From: Eledone cirrhosa
Lineage: Eukaryota
Reading direction: 5' to 3'
Assembly (NCBI GenBank): GCA_964016885.1
Contig: OZ024742.1
Location: 175,460,001-175,524,000 of the forward strand
Length of the DNA: 64,000 bases
The number at the start of each line of letters is the position of its first letter. The first letter of the stretch is position 1. Below are positions 14,820-28,580 of the stretch, piece by piece. The notes beneath the pieces were generated by a model, which did no database searches, had not been told where the DNA came from, and saw nothing but the letters and a program-made list of their open reading frames with translations. The translations under genes were made by a program, and so were the position numbers.

Positions 14820-16130
14820 TTAGCCATCGGGCTTTAACACTGGCTTAAAGTATTTGAAAGTTGCAAAGTTCTTGTGCATGCAGTTCGGGCAGTGTTCAGA
14901 GAGTTTGTTCAGTAGCGGGTCCTTGGCGAATACCATTTCGTAGCTCTCTGAGATACAAAGGTCGCAGCCCTTTGTCCTCCGTTGTAAGAGCGCGCTTTCT
15001 GGAGTATTTTCCATTTAAGCGTGAAGGGGCTGGAGTTCCTTTTGAGGTCCCAAACATAGGAGGCGAGTGTTGTCTGGTTTGATTTGTCCGGTCTTCTGAA
15101 GGAGTGGGTATGGGCATACCAATGGGTCTTAAAGTTATTGGAGGTCATGCCGATGTAAGTTTTTTTGTTATTGCGATCATCGGTGCCTGAGATGACATCG
15201 CATTTGTATACGATATGATTTGTGAGGCATTTGTTTTCAAGTGGGCATACTTTCTTATTTAGGCAATTACTCAAAGCCCCAGTCCGGGGATTGTGTTCGG
15301 AGGTTGTTGGCTTATTTAATTTTTTAGAATTGTGGTTGGCTATATTCCCAGCTAGGTTAGGTGTGGTGGAGTAGGAGAGTCTTATTGTGTTCTTATTAAA
15401 GATGGTGTGGTACCTATGTTGTACGGGGAAGTGTAATTTCAGCAAAGTGAAGAAAATCCTAGCTATCTGTGTAGAGACCTCTCTATTGAAGGGAGGGTTG
15501 TACCAGCTAATCTGCCTATGCCTATTCCTCCTCTGCAACTTGCGGTGGTTTCTAGGTTGGTTATCTTTTCTTTAAATCCGCTGCGGGCGAGGGCGTCATT
15601 GTAGTACGAGGCAGAGGCGTTAAAAATATCTTTGTTGGCGGAGAGGCCAGATATTCTAATAGAGACGCTTTTTACTAGGTTATCAGTGATGTTTTGGGGG
15701 TCGTTTGAATTAACAATAATATATCTAAGGGACTCGTTAGGTTTGTGGTACGGGTAATAGAGGGAAGTATCTAGGTCGAGAGTGACATCCAAGAAGTTGG
15801 TCCTAGTTAAATTAGATTCTATAGTTATACTAAATCCTAGATTAGAGAAGAACGAGCTTAAGTTTTTCCGAAATCCATCGGTGGTTCTGGGGTTAACCTT
15901 ATGCAGGGCGAAGAGGACGTCGTCTCGGTATAAACCTCCGGTTAGGCCGGTAAAGAGGTTCTTCGGGTGATGTAGGATGTACAAGCCCACAAGGTCGCTA
16001 ATTTCAGCCGAGTCACTCGCTCCCATGCTAACGTCAAATGGGGTCTGAGATTTCTTGTTGATCCAGTAAGATCCATCGTGGTATAGAAAGGTCTTACGGG
16101 CGTGGAGGATAACAACTTGCTCAGCATCGG
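14820..16130 (-). pseudogene. Penelope-like reverse transcriptase plus GIY-YIG endonuclease (frameshifted)
   Basis: [23 protein letters not shown] (RT catalytic motif), FLDVTLDL, WYNPPF, CPLENKC, IVYKCDV...TYIGMTSNNFK (GIY-YIG), spread over several frames. Confidence 0.92.
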
Positions 16131-16133
16131 TAC

Positions 16134-16209
<76 letters not shown>

Positions 16210-16384
16210 ATATATATGTATACATATCTATATATGTGTGTATGTATGTATGTGTATGTATATCTATGTATATGGGTATGTGTATATGTATATATATATA
16301 TATATATGTATGTGTATGTGTATATGTGTGTATATGTGTATATGTGTATATATATCTATGTGTATGTGTGTATGTGTGTATATG

Positions 16385-16415
<31 letters not shown>

Positions 16416-16473
16416 GTATATGTGTGTGTATATATGTATGTGTATATATATATGTGTGTGTATGTTTGCGTAT

Positions 16474-16523
<50 letters not shown>

Positions 16524-16643
16524 GGTGTATGTGTGTATATATATGTGTGTATGTGTGTATATATGTGTATATGTGTGTGTAAATATGTATATATATGTAT
16601 GTGTATGTGTGTGTGTGTATGTGTATGTATATATATGTATATA

Positions 16644-16702
<59 letters not shown>

Positions 16703-17202
16703 ATATGTATATATGTATGTGTGGGTGTTTGTGGGTGTGCATGAGTGTGTGAGTGAGTGTGTTTGTGAATGTGTCTGTTGATTTTTGGCATATAGTTGAA
16801 TAGTTTAAGAGAAATTTGAAGATAATCTTATGATATGCATTCAATATTTTGAATTTGTCTACAGAATTCTCTAGGCCTTTTTCATTTAGTAGAACATTAA
16901 AGAATTTAGCTTTTAAAGAATCTCCCTTTCCTTTAAATCCATCAACCATGACTGACCCCCATTGATGCTATAGACACCTGTTAGCTTAAGAGAAACCTAA
17001 AAATAAGGAGTGGCACCCCATCTTGAACTTGTTTATAGAATTCTTTCTGCCTTTGTTACTCTAAAAATAAACTATAGCTTTGAAGAATTAGCTTTTAATG
17101 AATTCCCTTTTCTATCAACCAATGACCTACACCCATCCCACTCCCTACCCTCTCCTACCACTTGAAGAGACCTATAAATACCATACTTATTTTTTGATAC
17201 CC

Positions 17203-17253
17203 AGATTCCTGATGATTTCTAAAGAATGAAACAGTTCTAGTCCTGTAGAATCT
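17203..17253 (+). ncRNA. Type I hammerhead ribozyme (family A)
   Basis: AGAUUC(17203-08) CUGAUGA(17209-15) U-UUC-UAAA-GAA-U GAAAC AG-UUCUAGUC-CU GUA(17245-47) GAAUCU. Predicted cleavage after 17247. Confidence 0.88.
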
Positions 17254-17335
17254 CATCTATATTAAAACTTTTATACTCTGCAATGTATTGAGCACCTTAC
17301 TTACTGTGGTTACATCCGATTCAACCCGGAATAAC

Positions 17336-17382
<47 letters not shown>

Positions 17383-18099
17383 GTGTGTGTGTGTACATGT
17401 GTGCATGAGAGTGTGTGCATAGCATTTCTTATAATAAATATATATATATAAATGCTATGCACACAAATAGAAAAAAGAAAACTAAAAGTAGCAAGCTAGA
17501 AAACGAAGAATAACACTGTGATAATCTCCATAAAATGAAAAATAAAATGGTTTGTGAAATTTATGAGAAATATCTGTAATTCTATTGAGTATCTATGGTA
17601 ACCTTGTAGCAAGCAATTACTGGGAAGATACGATTGTAATAAAGGAAAAATGGCTGCGTTTCTTACGGTAATTAGGGTTAAAAAGAAATTCTGAATTGGA
17701 AATAGTATTATTAAAGAAAATAGTTACTTATGATATCTCCACATTACAAAGGGCACAAAAGTATGCTCGAGTGTGTTTATATATATGTCTGCATGTCCAT
17801 GTGTATATGTGCATGTGTATGGTTTACTATTTATATGCAAACCTATAAGTAGTCTTTACGTCATAGCTTCATCATTGAGTAGTGACTGACATAACAGGCA
17901 GCTAATCATCATCATTTCAAATCCATTTTCCCTGCTAGTAAGGTTTAGATATTTATGAACAAACATCCCTCAACATATTGCATAATGAAGATCAAAATAT
18001 GTTAACTATACTACTGCCATATTTCATTCTACAGTATAAAATATATTGGTACGGTTTCTATGGCTAGATGGACTTACTAATGCAAGTCAATTTACATAG

Positions 18100-18640
18100 C
18101 ATACTCTGGGCATTATATTGTCGCACCAGTACTACCACTTTACAGAGTGTACTGGGTTCCTTTTGTAACAGCACCAGTATTAGCACTTCCCAGGTTGTAC
18201 TGGGTTCATTTTATCGTGGCACCTGTACTATAACTTTATATAATTTATTAGGTACATTTTATAGTGACACAAGTACTACCACTTTACAGAGTGTACTGGG
18301 CGTGTTTTAGATTGGAACCAGTCAATATACTTTACAGCATGTACTGAATGGATTTTATCATGGTACAAATACTACTTTATACAGTGTCCTGGTATGTTTT
18401 ATCATGACACCAGTACTCTCTTTATTGTAACACCAACACTACCACTTTACAGATTGTACTAGGGGCATTTTATTGTGGAACTGGCACTGCCATTTTGCAG
18501 AGTGTACTGAGTGCATTTTATTGTGGCATAAGTGCGAACACTTTACAAAGTATACTGGGTACATTTTATCATAGCATTAGTAACACCATTTTGCAAAGTT
18601 TAGTGGGTGCATTTTATTGTGGCAGTTGTACAGGAGAGGT
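18100..18640. repeat. Degenerate ~48-bp tandem array derived from a SINE/RTE-tail segment
   Basis: Unit approximately gtactaccactttacagagtgtactgggt.cattttatcgtggcacca, starting at 18129, 18177, 18225, 18272 and onward. Confidence 0.75.
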
Positions 18641-18894
18641 TGTACAGTATGCAGCAAGATTGAATAGTCCTCTCTACCTATGCATTTATAGCAGTTTAAA
18701 TGGATTCTTTATATAATAAGCAATATTGAAGAATGTCATTCTAATAGAGAAGAAAATCTATCAACTAAGTATTGATAGCAGATTCAGACAAAGAGATGAT
18801 TGCCATGTAATTTCACAATTTCTTCCACAATCCCAATTCCCCAGTAACCATAGAAGCTAAAAGAATTAGACATTTCTTACTAGTTATTCATTTC

Positions 18895-18965
<71 letters not shown>

Positions 18966-19028
18966 TTATATATATATATAAATATATACCTGAGAATATA
19001 TTTATTATTAGTATATGTATGAAGATGG

Positions 19029-19059
<31 letters not shown>

Positions 19060-19654
19060 TCACCTACATACATATACTATTATACTAATAATAAATATAT
19101 TCTAAGGTATATATTTAACTTGAGAGACTGCAATGATGATCATGATGATGGTGGTGGTGATGATGATGACAATTATTATAGTGGTGGTTATCATAGTACT
19201 GACACTGAATGCTGTTGATGCTGATGATTATTCACGAAGTGTGCAGTGTTGATGGTGATGATGAATATGGTGATAGTGGTGATGCTGCTGGTGATGGTCG
19301 GAGTGGTGGTGTTGATAATGTTGATGGTGGTGATGATAAATGCTGATGCTGATGAATAATGCAGTGCTTCTGGTCACAGTGTTCTATAAACTAAAATCAC
19401 ATTTAAATCATGATAAAAAGAAATTAAAATGTTTTAGATTTATTAAACTGGCAGTTCAGTAATTCTTCTTGGGAATATGATTAGAATTCTAATATTATAA
19501 ATAAACACTGCAGGATTAAAGTAGAATATCTTTTGGTTCCATATAATCATTTAGCTTGTTCATAGAAGTTCGGTAAGCACTCCAAGAACAATTTCGGTAA
19601 TTGCTTAATGCACTTGGTTTTCTTAGAAGTTGAATTGGAATTACAAAGACAAAG

Positions 19655-19905
19655 GAAGACCAGGGTGGAGGTGGTGACATCTGATCTCAAATTACTGAGG
19701 CTCAAAATCTCAGTGGAGGTGGTGAGAGCTGATCACATATTACTGAGGCTCAAAGAAGACCAGGGTGGAGGTGGTGAGAGCTGATCACATATTACTGAGG
19801 CTCAAAGAAGACCAGGGTGTAGGTGGTAAGAGCTGATCTGAAATCACTGAGACTAAAAAAACCAGGGCAGTGGTGGTGAGAGGTGATCTTAAAATCACTG
19901 AGACC
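19655..19905 (+). repeat. ~52-bp tandem repeat x5 derived from RTE coding 3' end
   Basis: gaagaccagggtggaggtggtgagagctgatcacatattactgaggctcaaa repeated. It encodes KTRVEVVRADHILLRL and is followed by an RTE-type tail at ~19960-20005. Confidence 0.8.
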
Positions 19906-22794
19906 CATAGGAGAGCTTACAAAGGAATATGATGTTTGAAGAGATACTGTGCCTGCCCAACCCATGCAAACATAGAAGAGCGGACATAGAATGGTGATGA
20001 TGACGATGGTGGTACATAGATGGACAGCAAAGATGAATGATAAATTGAGACTGGTTAAATATGTGATACATGGTAGGTATGTGTCAGGTGTGTATGTGTG
20101 AGAGGTGATGTGTGTGTCAGGTTAGTGTGTTTGGTATGTGTGTGTGCAAGTGTGTGTCTGTTGTGGCAGAGTAAGAGGCCTGAAGGAGGCCAGATGAGGT
20201 AAAAATATGATGTGACAGATTCACAGCTAACTTCTCTTGAGAATCATAAATAAGCAGATAAGAAAAGTAGCTTTTTCACATTTTATTTCACTGATAAAAA
20301 TTAAGAAAAGAATTATGATTACTTTCAGAAATAGAGAGAGAATTTAACTAAATCAGACAAGTACGTTAGAAGTGGAGTTTCTGACCTTGCTTCTCTAACT
20401 CAAGAGCACCAATACTATTATTGATAATGTAAATCTACACATCACAATCATCATCATTTACTTAATACATTTTGTTTTGGTATGGTTTCTACAGCTAGAT
20501 GCTTCCTATTACAAACCATCTGACAGAGTGTACTGGGTGTATTTCATCATAGTAGCAGCATGAGTAATGTTGTTCGTTGCTTGAAAAAGCTGAAGAATCG
20601 TCTTAACCCTTTCTTTGGCATGGTTTCTATAGCTGGATGCCCTTCCTATTATCAATCGTCTTACAGAGTGTACTGGGTGTATTTTATCATAGCAGCAACA
20701 TTAGGGTGCTTGTCATGTACTGGAAACAACTGAAGTGTTCTTTCAACTCTTACTTTGCCAAGTTTCTACAGCTAGATGCCTTTCCTAATGCCAACCATAT
20801 ATCAGAGTGTACTGGGTGTAGTTTATTGTGAAACCAGCACTAGAGAGGTTGTCATATGCTTGACACAAATGAAGACGCATTCCTTTTATATATACATTTT
20901 ATGAAAGTTCTGTCAATCTGTCAATGAAGTTTTGTCAGAAGCATGTATTGTGTTACAATACTTACATTTTATGAAACTGGGTGAATAAGTGCAATATATC
21001 AAACAATAGTACTTAATTGTGATGCTATTACAGGCTCTGCCATTCTATTGTCAGAACAAATAAATATTATCACACATTCATTCAACTTTATCTGTTAATT
21101 ATATTTTTCAGCTAATTGCTTTTTAAACCATTGGTGCTTATAGTCCTCTAAAAGAAACTAATGTATCTAGTATTAGTTAAATGCCTTTATAACTATATTC
21201 AATGAGACAGTGTCTTTTTAATTGTTCCATTAATAAGATAGTAACTTAACATATGGTTCATCATCATAATTATCATCTTTTAAAATCTGTTTTTTCCTAT
21301 TAACAAGCTTTGGGCAGGTTGTCATCAGTCAATCTGTACTTAATAGGTAGGTGCTACAGACATATCTGATGGGGAGGGGAGGCTAGATCTCATATTTTCT
21401 TGCAGTCTACAAAATGCCCTGGGTGAATTTCATCATGATACCAGTACCAGGGAAGGTATCATATATTTGACAGAACTGAAGAGGTAGGTTTTCCATAGCT
21501 GCATTCCCTTCCTTTCACCAACTAATTTATAGAGTGTACTGGCTGTGTTTATCAGTACAAAATCAACACTACCGAGGGAGATGTGGTCTTGTTTGAAAAT
21601 TTTTAATTAAATTTGAACCCTTTAAAATAGATGGTTTTGTTTCATAGAATCAGAGTCAGTTGTAGATGGGCTGGTATCATAAGGGCTAAAACTTTTATTG
21701 GGAAAATTATGGAAATTAGGAAAAGGGAGGCAACACATGGCTTCATGAACGAATCTTACTACTAGTGTTCTCCTTGTTTCTACTAATTTTCTTCACCCAG
21801 TTTATCACTACCAACTGGCCCTTGTCTATCCTATAGCAGAGGTTCACCTTTTTTGCAACCATTTAAGACAGGTCTCCAGTTTGAAGATATCTTCCTCCTT
21901 TCATCACACCAGTTTTGGAGCCCCTGAAAAGGGGTATTGTTATTCCCCACGTAATTAAACAACATATATAAAAAACAAAGATTTAATCAGATGTTTTCAA
22001 CTTTTGGTTTATAACTGATTATTGTGTGAATGACAAAACTTTACTATTTTCACTGATTGCAAGTGAAGGTGGTTAGGGTGTTGGACTGATAATTGCAAGG
22101 TAGTAAGTTCAAATCTGAGACCAAATGGTATGTTGTGTCATTGAGCAAGACACATCATTCCCCATTGGACACATCCATTCAGCTTCAAAGAAGAATGAAT
22201 ACCACCAGCAGCTGGAGGTTAACTCTGTGAAGGGTTGGGGGCCTATCCAGGAAAGAGTGTTATACTCTAATTCACTGAAACTTTTTATTACTATATTTAT
22301 ATGCCCATGATTTTGAAATTACTTTGAAAATAAATAAGAATTTGGAGGAATTTAATAACATAAATGACTTCATTATGCATTTGGTGTTTGGAACATGAAG
22401 GTTCTTACAAAAATTCTAAAAGTGTGACAACTTTTCTAAGGCTGATGTCATGATAAAATACACTCAGTATATTCTGTAAAGAGGGCTGATGACATCCAGC
22501 TGTAGAAATCATACCACATGACATATTAAGTATGCGACAACCATTTTAAAGCTGGTACCATGAAACAAATGCACTGAGTACAGTTTGTAATGTGGTTGGC
22601 ATAAGGAAAGGTACCCAGTTGTAGAAACCATACCAAAATAGAAAGTAGCTCCAAATAAGTACTGATTTGATCTATAACAACCCATGCAATTCATGGCAGC
22701 ATGGAAGAGCAGATAGAAAATGAAGATAATGATGATGATGATGACAATGATACCACAAATGCATTAATTTTATTATATTTAGTACCACAATTCT

Positions 22795-23120
22795 CAGATC
22801 GGGTGAGTTCAAATTCTCAGACCGGGTGATGTGTTGTTTCCTTGAACAAGACACTTTATTTCACATTGCTCCAGTTTACTCAGCTGTAGAAATGAGATGA
22901 TAGGGACTGGGGTCCCTATCATTCCACTGCAAAATGGTCGTGGAGGTGCCACGGCAAAAAAGCACCCAGCCCACACTGTAAAGTGGACATGTAGGTGTCA
23001 TGGAAAACAACCACCAGCACTTACTGTAAAAAAGGTTGCTGTAGAAATCAAGCCAGAATCAATTCTCATCCTACCCTTGCAAGCAGGGAAAAGCGGACGT
23101 AAAATGAAGATGATGATGAA
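22795..23120 (+). mobile_element. SINE family B (5'-truncated)
   Basis: B box, central domain, 11-bp hairpin at 22897-22922 and an (ATG)n tail. Confidence 0.9.
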
Positions 23121-23649
23121 TGTGAAAATCATTCAAAAGAAATTCTTCTAAACCATCATAGATAGAAGACATAATAACTGTCCATATATAAATGGTGCCT
23201 TTGTTCTTAGAGTTCAATTTAATTGTTTATATAAGAGAAAACATTTCTGAATATTTTTGACCTTTGCTTGAATGAAGAAATCAGTGGAAAAATTGGTATT
23301 GTGTGTGCTAATATATTAATATGTCATTTATCTGGTACATTTTGTCAGTAACATCTGTAAACAGTGAAGTTGTCTTGTGGTCTTGATCAAAATATTTTAT
23401 TTCACATTGTTCATTTTGCCAGGAATTATGACCATGCAGATAGTATCAGCATGGTATGACCAATGAAAGCATTATTTCCCTGGTCCAATTTGATAATTGG
23501 CTTCTTTCACCCCCCACCTCTCTCTCTCTCTCACTTTCTGTGTATATATATATATATGTATCGATAGATAGAGAGATAGAGAATTAATATTGATGAGATG
23601 TAATTTCGCTTTGTGTCTATAGTCAGCTAAGAATAGGCTCCTACATCTA

Positions 23650-23980
23650 CCATCTGTCGACCTGGAAAAAACATAGGACAGAATCCTACTCTCTGTACTT
23701 TAGTGGTGACTTAGGAAGTTAGTGATATAGTAACAGCTTACTAAGGCTATACAGGTTATGTACGGATGTATGACTAGTAAGGTAAGTACTTGAAGCAAGT
23801 ACAGTAATGTATCTAGTATGCAGGTGGGGGATACAACAAAGCTCAGTCCTCAGCCCCTTTCAATTCATTCTCATCTAGACCATAGTTGAGGAATACAAGA
23901 CTGGTTATCCATGGGAGCTCCTATATGTTGAGGATCTATCCCTCATAGCCAAAATGATAGAAGAACTAGAAAAGAAAATA
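23650..23980 (+). pseudogene. RTE LINE RT fragment
   Basis: VDLEK, SVLSP and TGYPWELLYVEDLSLIA...EELEKK remnants. Confidence 0.7.
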
Positions 23981-24034
23981 CCATATCAAAATTGGTAGAA
24001 CACATGTGATGTTGAATGTGCTTTGCAGCAAAGA

Positions 24035-24160
24035 GTTGCGGCCCTTTATGGTCTGAGTTCAAATCCCACCGAGGTTAACTTTGCATTTCATCCTTACGGG
24101 GTCGATAAAATAAATACACTGGGATAATTGCTGGCCTTGTGCCAAAAGTAGAAACAATTA
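24035..24160 (+). mobile_element. SINE family A (partial)
   Basis: gagttcaaatcccaccgaggttaactttgc...aagtagaaacaattatt. Confidence 0.85.
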
Positions 24161-24344
24161 TTACAGCATGGATTTGCTGATTGGAGTGACATAATCACAG
24201 CTCCAACTAACACTTAGAAAACACCCTATAACACAAATATACATATATGTGCATGACATTGCATTGAGGTGTCTGATCATCATCATCATCATTATCATAG
24301 TCGTTTTCACGTTTGCTTTCCCAAGATACTCTCATGACCAAGAT

Positions 24345-25655
24345 ATTTTGATCGGTGTTGCAGTGCTTCTATCCCATTGGTGAAGAAGCTTTCATCCTGT
24401 TGGTCAACAAAGTCATTAACAGCAGGTATGACATCCTCATCACTGCAATACTGGTTCCCAGCCAAGTGTTTTTTTTTATATTTATATCGAAGAACATGAT
24501 AGTCAGATGGGGCCAAATCAGGAGAATAGGGAGGGGTGATCAACCAATTGAAAGTCACAGTCATACACAACAACCATTAAAACCAAGGATTTGTGAGCTG
24601 GAGCATATTCCTGATAAAATAAAACCACTTTTGTCAGTTTTCCTGGTTGTTTGGTCTTGATAGCATTTTGTAACTGCCTCAGCCAGTTGGTATAGTACTT
24701 TCTATTGATGGTTTGACCCTTTTGAAGATAGTCAATAAACACAATTTTTTTGCATCCCCAAAACCTCAGGCCATCACCTTCCTTGCAGATGAAACGACTT
24801 TGGCCTTCTTTGGAGCAGGTGAGGGGGGGGGGGGAGTCATGAATTTTCTCTTTGTCTCTGGCTCAGAGGGATGAAACCAACACTCATCCTGGGCAACATT
24901 CAAGGAAACCAGCTGGATTTGACAAAAATGTTAGATTTTACTGTGATGTGATCAGCTTTGTGTGCTTTTGATCAGGTGTCAGACGATGTGGCACACACTG
25001 AGCAAAAACCTTCATCATGCCAAGTTCATTGTGCAAAATATTCTCAAGTCTCTCATGGTATATGCTAATGGGATTGACTCTTTGAGTTATAGTCACTTGT
25101 CTGTCATCCATTACCGTGTGATGAACACGATGAATGTTTTCCTTAGTAGTGGCAGGTGCAGGATATCCAGATCTTGGGTCATATTCAAAACTGTCTATTC
25201 CCCTCTTAAATTCAGCTGCCCACTTTTGCACTGTTGATAAATATGGAATGTTATCCCCTAATATATCAACTGTCAGCATGAATGTCCTTGGGGGCTAAAC
25301 TCTAAACCCTTTTTCTGCAGGTACTTGATAAAATAATTGTTTCTACTTTAGGCACAAGGCCAGCAATTACCCAGTACATTACTGGTACTTTATTTTATCG
25401 ACCCCGTAAGGATGAAAGGCAAAGTTAACCTCAACCTCGGTACTTGATAAAATAATGATGCCAAATATTGTCCATTTCAAGAGAAGTTGCTACCAGTTAC
25501 TTCTGAAGTCTTCTTTGAACAGTAAGATGTCAGGTTACCGGGACAGAAACAATGCAGGCATTAATAAGAAGAGTTAAAATTAATGTATGCAAGATTTCAC
25601 AGCTCAGCATCACAATTTCATAGTTAGTCTATGAACTTTTCAGCCCACCCTCATA
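24345..25655 (-). mobile_element. Mariner (Tc1/mariner) transposon, decayed transposase, one TIR retained
   Basis: STVQKWAAEFKRG, DPRSG, CVPHRLT (WVPHEL-like), IDYLQKGQTIN and PPYSPDLAPSDYH motifs. TIR-like TA-TGAGGGTGGGCTGAAAAGTT on the minus strand at ~25634-25655. Confidence 0.93.
25338..25438 (-). mobile_element. 5'-truncated SINE A inserted in the mariner, 18-bp TSD
   Basis: ggtacttgataaaataat at 25320-25337 and 25439-25456. Confidence 0.9.
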
Positions 25656-26818
25656 TATGAACATCTGTAGACAGAAGTTGTTACGAGTTATAAAACAAAG
25701 TGATTAACCAAATGACAAATGTTGATATAATTTCTTTATGAGACATTTAAAGGTTGATGCTAGTTTATAAGATTAAATAAATTATAGGAATAAACATATT
25801 GTCACAGCAGTAGCAGAGTTAACATCTCTGTTTGCTCACCATGCTTAGAGTAAATAATATTTTAAAGACTAACTGACATGAGAACATTTATTTTTCACTT
25901 AATATCACTTCTATTGATTTCTCATAAATCCAATTGTATGAATCATATTCTGAAGTGAGTGTTTTATGTACAGTCATTCGTTTCTGCTTTTTTGTTTCAT
26001 GTTTTACTAGTTTTATTCATTAGACTGTGGACATACTGGTGCACTCTCTTGAAAGGGATCTAATTGATCATATCGGCCCCACTACTTTTTCTTTTATACT
26101 CTTATTATTTTATTGGTTTCTATCATCAGACTGCAGCCATGCTATGAAACCATCTTCATTAGTCAATAATATTGATCCAAGTACAGGTACTTATTTTACA
26201 AATCCCTTATGTATCAAACAGCTTATTTGTTGCTTTTTTTTTTCAAATCTGGTTCTTATTTTATCGAACTGTTATATTATACAGTATATACAAATATAGA
26301 CACACACATGGCACATACAGATAAATAAATATGTATGTGACAGACATCCACACAGTTTCTGCCTACCAAATTCTTCACGCACGTCTATTGTATAAGACGC
26401 TTGCAGAAAATGCCACTTAGTGAAACAGAACTTAAAAAATGTGGTATCTGACTGAACACCTCAACCACACAGCCATGTCTGCTCCGAGTCAATACTACAG
26501 GTATAAATATATATATATATATTTCACTTAATATATAACTATCACAATGGAACACCTTTATATCTCATAACTGATTCAGCTGAGAATAAACTAATGCCTC
26601 ATCTCTCATCATTGATCTATTGTATTTGTGAAAGAGATTTTATTTGGTTTTTCTCTCATAATATTATTTTAATTCCATGGAGGAAAAATTACAATATATA
26701 GATATATATGTCCGATCTATTTGACTAGCATTGTCTCCTAATTATATGTGTGTGTGTGTGAGTGAGTGTGTACACACATACATATATGTATATATATGTG
26801 TGTGTGTGTGTGTGTATG

Positions 26819-26858
<40 letters not shown>

Positions 26859-27291
26859 TATATAAATATATATCATCATCACCATCATCATATATAAATA
26901 TAAATATATATGTGTGTGTATGTGTTTGTGTGTGTGTGTATATATATATATAATTTCACTTTTTTTTTCAGTGGCTCATATTTTAATTTTAAATCATGAA
27001 ATACTGCTGTTGTATTTGCTAGTTCTGGATGTTTTTATTGTCATTTGTTTGCCAAAATCTTTATTCATGAAACATGATCTATTGAAATAAATCAGTACAA
27101 TACAATCAACTAAGCCAGAACTAGTTTCCAGTCAAATCTAAATTCTTCTCTATATTAATAATTAATATCGCACACATAATATGCACACACACACACACAT
27201 TTATGTCTATATAAATACACACACGCACTCACACACGCACATATATATATTTTTATATATATATACTTATATATATGCATAAATATTTGTG

Positions 27292-27338
<47 letters not shown>

Positions 27339-27719
27339 TAAATATTTGTGTATTATATATATATATATATATATATATAAACATGTGTGTACATGTTTGT
27401 GTATTCATATGTGTGTGTGTGTTTGAGTATGCAAATGTGTGTGTGTGTGTGAATATATATACATATATATACACACACATATATGTAAGTTTTTGTCTTT
27501 TATGCAGTATGTTAATATAGTAAACTCAACTAATGCTATGCTGACTAGAGCGAGTGCATTATTTTTGTACATATTCAACTCTGTGGAGATTTTATTGTAA
27601 AAGTTGTTTTGCATATTTATAGTGGTGCAAATGGTTGCATTTGACACGGAACCTGCTGAAATGAAAATAAGTGGGACAGAATAATTGTATTTCTTCAATT
27701 TATAATTATAATTTTCATA

Positions 27720-28110
27720 TGAGGTAGTGCTGGAGCCATGATAGAATACACCCAGCTGACTCTGTGAGGTGATTATAGTGATGCCCCAATAAAATCTCTT
27801 TAGTTCACCTTGTTAAGTATTAGTGTTGGTGCCACAATAGAACATTCCAAACTCACTCTGTAAATTGCTAGTACTAGTGCAACAGTAAAAACATCCAGTC
27901 CACCCTGTAAGCTTGTATTGCTGATTCTATAATAAAATACTCCCAGTCCATACTCTAAACTGTTAGTGCTGGTGCCCTGATAAGTGCTCTCAGCCTACTA
28001 TGCAAAATGTTAGAGCTGGTGCTATAATATAAAACACCCAGTCCATCTTGCAAAATGGTAGAGCTAGCACCATGGCAAAATACTCCTAGTAGATGCTGCA
28101 ATAGTTTTGG
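27720..28110. repeat. Degenerate ~48-bp array, opposite orientation to 18100-18640
   Basis: Units approximately agtgctggtgccacaataaaa.cacccagtcca.tctgtaaa, ending in ggcattagggaaggcatctagctg. Similar arrays at ~35215-35350 and ~40650-40920. Confidence 0.65.
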
Positions 28111-28364
28111 CATTAGGGAAGGCATCTAGCTGGAGAATACAAGACAATAATGCAACATATGAGCAAGACATAGGTGGCCTAGATGGTCAAGCTTCAGAAC
28201 ATAACAACTCATCTAACCCATACACACGTGGAAATTAGACATTAAACAGTGAGAAGGATATAACTGAATTCTGTTAATGATGTAATATAGAAAATTGCAG
28301 TTAGTTGAACATTTAATATTCCTTCAAAGTCATAAATTATTATTATTATTATTATTATTATTAT

Positions 28365-28555
28365 AGGGCGGTGGATTGGCAGTATCGGTAGAGGGTCGGA
28401 CGTCATGCTTTCCAGCATAGTTACGTCCCTTTACGATCTGAGTTCAAATCTCGCCGAGGTTGACTTTGCCTTTCATCCTTAGGGGTTCGATAAAATAAAG
28501 TACCAGTAATGCACTGGGTAATTGCTGGCCTTGTGCCTAAAGTAGAAACAATTAT
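28365..28555 (+). mobile_element. Full-length SINE family A within (ATT)n
   Basis: gggcggtggattggcagtatcggtag...gagttcaaatc...aagtagaaaca(att)n. Confidence 0.9.
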
Positions 28556-28580
28556 TATTATTATTATTATTATTATTATT

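Larger units (their letters stand above)
12210..17335 (-). mobile_element. 5'-truncated Penelope-like retroelement with long microsatellite-rich 3' region and inverted terminal repeat
   Basis: RT/GIY-YIG remnants at 14820-16130 (-). 12210-~13330 and ~16140-17270 are reverse complements, including the microsatellite interruption pattern, with a hammerhead near each outer end. Confidence 0.85.

Noticed and set aside
21920-21950. ctgaaaa-gggg...cccc hammerhead-like remnant (similar weak cases near 31788 and 42716)
   Set aside because: The core is mutated and GAAA/UH are missing; too degenerate to call.
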